Shown piece by piece: positions 58,157 to 64,000 of a stretch of DNA of 64,000 nt; position 1 is the first letter of the stretch; each line of letters begins with the position of its first letter. Position numbers and translations under genes: made by a program. Where the stretch lies: the NCBI GenBank assembly GCA_964493715.1, contig CAZBPC010000011.1:880-64879 (forward strand), given 5' to 3'. This DNA comes from an uncultured archaeon. GTDB taxonomy: Archaea; Asgardarchaeota; Lokiarchaeia; Sigyniarchaeales; SOKP01. The notes beneath the pieces were generated by a model that saw only the letters and a list, made by a program, of their open reading frames with translations, searched no databases and had not been told where the DNA came from.

Positions 58157-59373
58157 AATAAAATTCCCTTAGACTTTAAAATTCTTGTAATCTCAGCTTC
58201 AAGTTTAATCAATGAAAATTCTGGTATTTCAATTAATCCTTTTCTGCCTTTAAAAGATTCACTTTTGACTAGAACTGTAATGAAATTATCTCGTTTGAAT
58301 TCTTGCAGATAATTCCATAATTGAGAATATGAGCGACAGCTGATATCCAAGTTTTCACAAATCATTTTGTAGGTGTTAATGACTTCCATAATAGAAATTT
58401 GAGTTTTCCCACTTTGCTTCAATCCTCGAATTATTGAAATGAGAAAGATTAATTTTTGTTCATTTAAATAAATCAATATATCTTGAACAGAAAATGGAAT
58501 TAAATCTTGATTACCTAAACGTATGCATTCTGCATTAATTTGTCGTAAATGCTTTCTTTCAGCAATCTTACACGCTCGCCATATCAGATTCAGACCATAT
58601 CTAATATCACCTTTACTATGGACTAAATCTGTGACAGATTCCATTAAATCATCAGAGATTGCATTTTCTATTAGACTAATATGTGATCTATATTTTAAAA
58701 TATCAAAAACCTCTTCTTTTGAATAATTTTTAAATTCAATTATATTTCTTTGAAGTGTGCTCATTGTACTAGCATCTAATTTGCTTAGACAGGTAATATC
58801 TCTTACAATCCCGATTATTGAAACTCTTTGTTTTAAATTTACAGAGTCCTCGTTTAGTCTCGTCAAAGAATAAATAAGATCTCCTCCTTCATTGATTAAA
58901 TAGCTAAGTTCATCTAAAACAATTAATAAGTGAGACTCGTGATTATTAAGATTTTCTAATATGATTTCCAACAATTCCTGAGGTGAGAATCCCCTTTTTG
59001 GAAAGTTAGTGTTTATAATCCCAACAATTTTAATTAACACTTTATAACTTGTTCTTTCTTTACGACAATTTATATGAATGTGTTTTATAAGCACATGTCT
59101 TTTTAGTGCTGCTTCGACTATCATATTTCCAAAGTATTTCACTGTAGCAGTTTTTCCCACACCTGTTTTTCCTGTTATTAAAATTTTCCTAGATGTTGAA
59201 TTTGGACTTGTAATTAGAACTAAGAAAAGTTGGGATAATAAATATAATTCTTTTTCTCTATGGAGTAATTTATTTGGTACAAAGTTTATATCAAGCTTAC
59301 TTTCATCCTTGAATAGGGAAGGTTGTTTTAATAATTCATCAAAGTAATCAATCATCATAATGCTCAACCGCAA
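58153..59373 (-). CDS. cdc6: Orc1/Cdc6 replication initiator
   Basis: FVPNKLLHREKEL, Walker A GKTGVGKTAT, Walker B LLIVLDELSYL, C-terminal winged helix. Confidence 0.9.
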   Translation of the reverse strand: MRLSIMMIDYFDELLKQPSLFKDESKLDINFVPNKLLHREKELYLLSQLFLVLITSPNSTSRKILITGKTGVGKTATVKYFGNMIVEAALKRHVLIKHIHINCRKERTSYKVLIKIVGIINTNFPKRGFSPQELLEIILENLNNHESHLLIVLDELSYLINEGGDLIYSLTRLNEDSVNLKQRVSIIGIVRDITCLSKLDASTMSTLQRNIIEFKNYSKEEVFDILKYRSHISLIENAISDDLMESVTDLVHSKGDIRYGLNLIWRACKIAERKHLRQINAECIRLGNQDLIPFSVQDILIYLNEQKLIFLISIIRGLKQSGKTQISIMEVINTYKMICENLDISCRSYSQLWNYLQEFKRDNFITVLVKSESFKGRKGLIEIPEFSLIKLEAEITRILKSKGILL

Positions 59374-59564
59374 AATTTAATATTAGAATTAAGACGGTGA
59401 TTGTTTATAATCAAAAACAGAGTCATAATTTTTTATATTATGATTTAAAGTATAAACTTAAATATGAAAAAATTAACCATTATAATTCAATACTTTATCG
59501 TGCTATGAAGAATACAGTAAATATCGCATGCAATTTTTTTTTGTCGGTTAATATGATTTATAAG

Positions 59565-60770
59565 TTAGATTCTAATATAAAGGTCTGCCAAATTTTTATC
59601 TCTCCCCCTTCTCTTTTTAGTAATCATTAAACCGATTACAATAATTGAAGAGAAGAAACTAGATAAATATAAAAGTTCCATTGTATCTAAAACATTTTGA
59701 TAAATAAACTCATCCACATCAATAATTTTTGAAACTATTTTACTATGTAGATATTCATTACCATTGTAAATAATCGTAATATTTACCTCCGTACTATTAT
59801 TGTCTAGATTAATCGATCCGAGCGAAAATGTAAACAAAGTTTTCCCTAAAGTGCTTGTATTCAAGAATTTCGAATATTTTAGTGAATTTCCTTGATATAG
59901 TTGCGCAGAAACTAAAGAATTATGTAAGGGAATGATACTATGATTGAAACTGTAATAAAAATGACTTTGGACCTCAATTATTCCTTGGTTTTTATCAATT
60001 CCATTAACGCTAATGATTTCTCCAGAAATTGGTATCTTTTCAACCCTTAATTTATAAGAAAATTGACAATTGTTATACATTTCATTACCTATTATTATAA
60101 ATTTCAAATTGTTCATCCCAACAGATAAATGAGAGACAGATGATATATTTGTTTTAATAATCCCGGAATTATTTGTCTTAAAATCATATTGATATAAAAC
60201 TACTAACTCCCATTCAATTTTGAACCTAATTGTATTATTAATTAAAAGTAAATTATTATTAGTTTCATAGAATTTAGCTAGTAAGGAAATTTCTTCACCA
60301 TAAATTATCGAGTTTTTGAATCCACTTAACTCACATGTAACATTTGCTTTTATTATATTTATAGTGAGGAATTCAAGATCATAAATATCTCCTGAAGAGA
60401 CATGGTCATTGAAAGAAATCCAAAATTTAACAAACAGACAAATGGAGTCATTTTTGATTTTGATATTCAAATTAGGGATATGAATCATCCAATTATCTTC
60501 ATTATATCCCGAATTATTATATTTTGGTGACTTCCAAAGAATTTCCTCAGATTCATTCATAAGATGAATTTGCACGAAAACAAAATCTTGTTCTTCATAA
60601 TATAAATTCCACGACGCATTAATTTCTATATTTTCATAGTTATAGTAGTTCTCTTTATCTGATTGAAGGGAGATTATATCCCAAGAAGGCCAACCAAATG
60701 TGAATTGAGGAAAAAACAAAAAAACTAACACGATACATAAGAGAACCAAAATTATACTTTTTCTAACCAC
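59565..60770 (-). CDS. surface-anchored, probably glycosylated protein
   Basis: N-terminal signal/TM segment, C-terminal TM helix plus KKRRGRDK tail, and more than 10 N-x-S/T sequons. Confidence 0.55.
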   Translation of the reverse strand: MVRKSIILVLLCIVLVFLFFPQFTFGWPSWDIISLQSDKENYYNYENIEINASWNLYYEEQDFVFVQIHLMNESEEILWKSPKYNNSGYNEDNWMIHIPNLNIKIKNDSICLFVKFWISFNDHVSSGDIYDLEFLTINIIKANVTCELSGFKNSIIYGEEISLLAKFYETNNNLLLINNTIRFKIEWELVVLYQYDFKTNNSGIIKTNISSVSHLSVGMNNLKFIIIGNEMYNNCQFSYKLRVEKIPISGEIISVNGIDKNQGIIEVQSHFYYSFNHSIIPLHNSLVSAQLYQGNSLKYSKFLNTSTLGKTLFTFSLGSINLDNNSTEVNITIIYNGNEYLHSKIVSKIIDVDEFIYQNVLDTMELLYLSSFFSSIIVIGLMITKKRRGRDKNLADLYIRI

Positions 60771-60878
60771 ATATTTTTTTTCACACTAAATTATAAAAAG
60801 TCATACAAAATCCAAAAAAAATTTATTTTAGAAATGACTATTTAAAGTAGATTAATAAATAAAACTTGAGATGAGATT

Positions 60879-61073
60879 ATGGGAAAAGTAAGAACGATTT
60901 TAATTAAAAATGTTTCAAAAGAGTTAATTAATAAGTATCCCGATGTTTTTACAACAGATTTTGAGGCTAATAAGAGATTATTGGATAAATATATTGAAGC
61001 TGATTCAAAGCATTTACGAAATCGGATTTCCGGATACATAGTAACTTTATTGAAGATAAGAGAAAAAGAATAA
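60879..61073 (+). CDS. rps17e: 30S ribosomal protein S17e
   Basis: MGKVRTILIKNVSKELINKYPDVFTTDFEANKRLL...RNRISGYIV. Confidence 0.9.
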   Translation: MGKVRTILIKNVSKELINKYPDVFTTDFEANKRLLDKYIEADSKHLRNRISGYIVTLLKIREKE

Positions 61074-61130
61074 ATCTTTTACCTCGCTAATTTTCCTTTT
61101 CACTATATTATAAAATAAAAATTTAGAGAT

Positions 61131-61517
61131 GTGAGAAATATTCAACAAGATACAAAAAAAATGGCAAACCTATTGAGATTGGGTCATAAAATGCTTAATT
61201 TATCATGTCCTGTATGCAATAATCCTATTTTTAAAAAAAAAAATGGTGAAATGTTTTGTCCAATATGTGATAGACCCGTAATATTTGATGATGATAAAGT
61301 TTTGAATGAATCAATAAATTTAGACAACAAATCCAAGAATGAAAATATTGATTTAGATAGAACAATTGATAATATAACCTTTTTTAATCTAAAAAAAATT
61401 ATTTCCTTAAAAATACAAGAAATATCTGAAATCATAAAAATTGAAAATCCGATGATAAATATCGATCCCTATTTAAATATATTACAAAAACTTTTGGATA
61501 TTTATGAAAGGATTTAA
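61131..61517 (+). CDS. UPF0148 / autoantigen-p27 (SSSCA1)-family zinc-ribbon protein
   Basis: ANLLRLGHKMLNLSCPVCNNPIF..KNGEMFCPICD is the family's characteristic N-terminus. Confidence 0.65.
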   Translation: MRNIQQDTKKMANLLRLGHKMLNLSCPVCNNPIFKKKNGEMFCPICDRPVIFDDDKVLNESINLDNKSKNENIDLDRTIDNITFFNLKKIISLKIQEISEIIKIENPMINIDPYLNILQKLLDIYERI

Positions 61518-61552
61518 AAAATTATTGATTAATGAATAAGGATTAGTCTTAA

Positions 61553-61659
61553 TGCTTCCGCCGGGATTCGAACCCGGGTCACGAGGGTGAGAACCTCGCA
61601 TGCTTAGTCTTTCCGAAAGAAGTTTAAGGATAATATTGACCGGACTACACTACGGAAGC
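61553..61659 (-). tRNA. tRNA-Glu (anticodon CUC) with a 32-nt intron at a non-canonical D-arm position
   Basis: 5' exon GCTTCCGTAGTGTAGTCCGGTCAAT (61659-61635). Intron 61634-61603. 3' exon CATGCGAGGTTCTCACCCTCGTGACCCGGGTTCGAATCCCGGCGGAAGCA (61602-61553). The spliced 75-nt product has a perfect 7-bp acceptor stem, anticodon loop TTCTCAC and a standard T-arm. The exact splice junction is ambiguous by 1-2 nt. Confidence 0.8.
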
Positions 61660-61882
61660 CATTCAAATAGTTAAATCATAGTATATTTTTTGATAATTAT
61701 TTTAATAATTTATTAAATTTTAATAAAATAACGATTTTAGGACTTTCAAATTTTTTCTTTAATTTTGAGGAGCATATCAAGATATCAACTCCAAAGAATT
61801 TATTTAAACTCATACTACTACGAATTTAATCCTAATTTCATAAAATAACTTTGTTTAAATTGTTATTTAAAAATAGAGAAAT

Positions 61883-62839
61883 TCAATTGGAGGAAAATTG
61901 CTTTTCTCTGCTCATAAAAATTGGTTTTAATAAATTAACATAATGATCTCTTATCGAGTATTCTGCTATGTTGGTCGCTTCTGAAATTAATTTTTGTGTT
62001 AAAATCGCTTTTTGATTGAATTCTCTTGCTAGAAGTTTATCAGCTAAATATATAATTGCTCCTGCTAAAATGAATGGATTTCTACCTCCACGATGCCAAA
62101 CTGATAATTTTTTTAACACCTCTCGGCATTTATTTGTTAAATGGTTTTCAAACTGTTCTTTTGACCAACATACTCCTTTACTTCGGATACGTGTTTCAAG
62201 ATCTTTATGGTTATTAATTTCATTAATTAACCTTATTAAATAATCTTCGCTTTTATGTGGTATTGTGTAATTATTCAAAAATTTTTTATATTTTATACCA
62301 TCTCTTAAAATTAACCTCGGATTAACGCGATGTCCAAAATTTTGAAAGGCATGAGAAATTTCATTAATCGTTAACGGTGCGTTATGTTGCTCTTTTCTAG
62401 CAGCATAAAAAATACAAAAAGCAATTAATGAAATGTTATTTATTATTTTTTCCTCGTTTTTTATTATTTTCTTGTAGTAATAAGCTGCATTGTTTCGAAT
62501 ATTTCTATTTAAATTAAGATATAGTGCAATCTTATTTAAAATATTAAAAATTCTATATTCTGTTTCATGGTTTTTAATCCTTAGAAACTGAGCATAATTT
62601 TTCTTAAGTCTCCTGTATAATTTTTGCTCTTGAGGAGGTAGTAATTTACCAAATTTATCCTTAAGGTATTTTGAATTCTCATAATCTATAAATGTTCCCA
62701 ATCCTCCTACAAAATCAGCTCTATTCCCTAAAGCTACAAATTGTTTATTTATATTACTTTTTACATCACTATTGTTAAAAATATAGGAAGATTCCTTAAA
62801 CAATTTCTCTAAAACCAATCCACATTCTTTGCATATCAT
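61883..62839 (-). CDS. TFB-like paralogue (coordinates from the ORF track; the frame stays open upstream to 62974)
   Basis: Cyclin-fold repeats and the second half of a Zn ribbon (MICKECG). The first CxxC (CPEC) is in frame upstream of the first canonical start codon. Confidence 0.7.
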   Translation of the reverse strand: MICKECGLVLEKLFKESSYIFNNSDVKSNINKQFVALGNRADFVGGLGTFIDYENSKYLKDKFGKLLPPQEQKLYRRLKKNYAQFLRIKNHETEYRIFNILNKIALYLNLNRNIRNNAAYYYKKIIKNEEKIINNISLIAFCIFYAARKEQHNAPLTINEISHAFQNFGHRVNPRLILRDGIKYKKFLNNYTIPHKSEDYLIRLINEINNHKDLETRIRSKGVCWSKEQFENHLTNKCREVLKKLSVWHRGGRNPFILAGAIIYLADKLLAREFNQKAILTQKLISEATNIAEYSIRDHYVNLLKPIFMSREKQFSSN

Positions 62840-63163
62840 TTCATAACTATTATTTATAATATTTCCATTGCATTCTGGACATAATTCTTTAAAATTTTTA
62901 TGATTGAAAGTTTCATTTAATATAATTAACCACCTTAAATTTGTAGGGTTTGAAGTAACGAATATTAAAAACTTTTATTTGAATAATCCATACCAAAGTT
63001 TCAAATATGAGAACCTACAATACTTATGAATGGAATGAAAATCTCTACACTATCAGAGAGGGTTAGCTGAAAATAAAAAAAATGGGCTTTATATTATTCA
63101 GCTTAAAAGATCTTTGATTATGAATAATTTAATATAGAATTTTTTGAATGGAGTTAATCTTTT

Positions 63164-63400
63164 ATGAGAAGAATTTCTGAAACAGTAAAATTTATAGAAA
63201 ACATTCCAAGAAAAAATATAGACCTATTAAAGGAATTATGTAACCAATTAAAGAAAATTACTAATGAAAATCGTCCAATTATGTATTCAGATATCATTAA
63301 TGTCATCATACGTGAACAATTTTATGGAGAGAGGTATAATCAACTGATTATATGGTGTAATTATCATATTAGGAAGGGAAATTATTTAGTCAACTTCTAA
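63164..63400 (+). CDS. hypothetical small protein
   Basis: ORF only. Confidence 0.35.
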   Translation: MRRISETVKFIENIPRKNIDLLKELCNQLKKITNENRPIMYSDIINVIIREQFYGERYNQLIIWCNYHIRKGNYLVNF

Positions 63401-63703
63401 GGAAAGGAATTGAAACCTAAAAAATCAACTACTCTTTAAATTATTCAAACCGCTTCTAAAAAGGTTATTAGATAACGAATTGTTCGCGTGTAATATCTTA
63501 AAGAAAGAAATAAAAAGTTCTTTTCCAATTAATTAATGAACAGAGTTTTCTAAAAAAGAGTTATAAATGTTTAATTCTATTATTATTTAATAATATCAAA
63601 TGATATAGTTTAAAGGAACTTATTATTAAAGATTTATTTTGATTTTAAAAATCTAATATTAGGTTATTTAATTAATAAAATATTATTTAAGAGAGGCGCT
63701 TTA

Positions 63704-64000
63704 ATGGTTAGATTTCTGCCAGATCATAAGATATACATTAAAATCCTCTACTGGGGTATGGGAGGATCAGGGAAAACAACAATCGTAGATACATTATATA
63801 GACTCACAAGAGAACAAGATAAAGATATAACTCCTGTTGCAGAATTAAAAAAAATTTGTATGGCTAGTGGTTCTACATTATATTTTGATCGAGGATTTTT
63901 TCAATCTACTAAACAAAACAAGGTTTTTTATCATGTATATACTGTAGCCGGACAAAGTCGATTTTCCCCTTTGAGAGAACGAATTTTTAAAGGAACTGAT
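63704..64000 (+). CDS. MglA/Arf-like small GTPase, 3'-truncated by the window edge
   Basis: My own translation is MVRFLPDHKIYIKILYWGMGGSGKTTIVDTL...STLYFDRGFF...VYTVAGQSRF...FKGTD. P-loop GMGGSGKT and an MglA-type switch II (TV.GQ). Absent from the ORF track because no stop is reached. Confidence 0.75.
   Translation, partial: MVRFLPDHKIYIKILYWGMGGSGKTTIVDTLYRLTREQDKDITPVAELKKICMASGSTLYFDRGFFQSTKQNKVFYHVYTVAGQSRFSPLRERIFKGTD

Noticed and set aside
59374-59630. A possible replication origin (ORB repeats) and a 77-aa ORF upstream of orc1/cdc6.
   Set aside because: I found only a 7-bp palindrome (tcataat/attatga) and no repeated ORB-like elements or clear duplex-unwinding-element structure. The ORF looks like AT-rich noise and overlaps the neighbouring gene's end. 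An origin cannot be supported from the sequence alone.
62941-63030. An imperfect 9-10-bp inverted repeat (ttgtagggtt ... gaacctacaa) about 75 bp apart, upstream of the TFB paralogue.
   Set aside because: It has one mismatch/indel and is a single occurrence in a promoter region. That is not enough to call a regulatory site or transposon end.
1-64000. A check for CRISPR arrays, rRNA genes, additional tRNAs, and transposase or integrase genes.
   Set aside because: I saw no regularly spaced repeats, no long G+C-rich non-coding stretches, no further cloverleaf-like GGTTCGAATCC contexts, and no recombinase motifs. This was a manual scan, so short or degenerate elements could have been missed.

Overview
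This is an AT-rich (about 70% A+T by eye), gene-dense archaeal chromosome segment. The archaeal assignment rests on ribosomal proteins L15e and S17e, the uL3-uL4-uL23 block, two TFB genes, Orc1/Cdc6, ABCE1, class I LysRS, RNase P proteins Pop5 and Rpp30, an archaeosine-TGT-family gene, Trm5, and a tRNA with a non-canonical intron. A Roadblock/LC7 protein, an MglA-like small GTPase, a V4R domain protein and a possible longin-like protein hint at an Asgard-like lineage; that lineage call is inference only. Most of the window is housekeeping or small-molecule metabolism.

The main observations are:
1. A 17-codon ORF with four Trp codons (MLTEKMTFWRWQWQWRS) lies 157 nt upstream of a stand-alone trpB2. 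It has a TATA-like box placed for leaderless transcription and a small hairpin over its stop codon, so it looks like an attenuator-type leader.
2. A 3.4-kb, two-gene cassette is inserted in the 3' end of smc. It is bounded by perfect 18-bp direct repeats, and the displaced original smc tail is still readable downstream. No recognisable integrase is present.
3. The cassette's 884-aa protein has five zinc-ribbon modules, a Vsr-like nuclease core and a large N-terminal region I cannot assign.
4. The SMC itself is very long and has no hinge motifs that I can recognise.
5. Two translationally coupled orphan proteins of about 800 aa each are transcribed divergently from the Roadblock gene.
6. The parts of a Tad/Epd-like pilus are present but dispersed.

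All family calls come from motif recognition by eye. No searches or computations were run.
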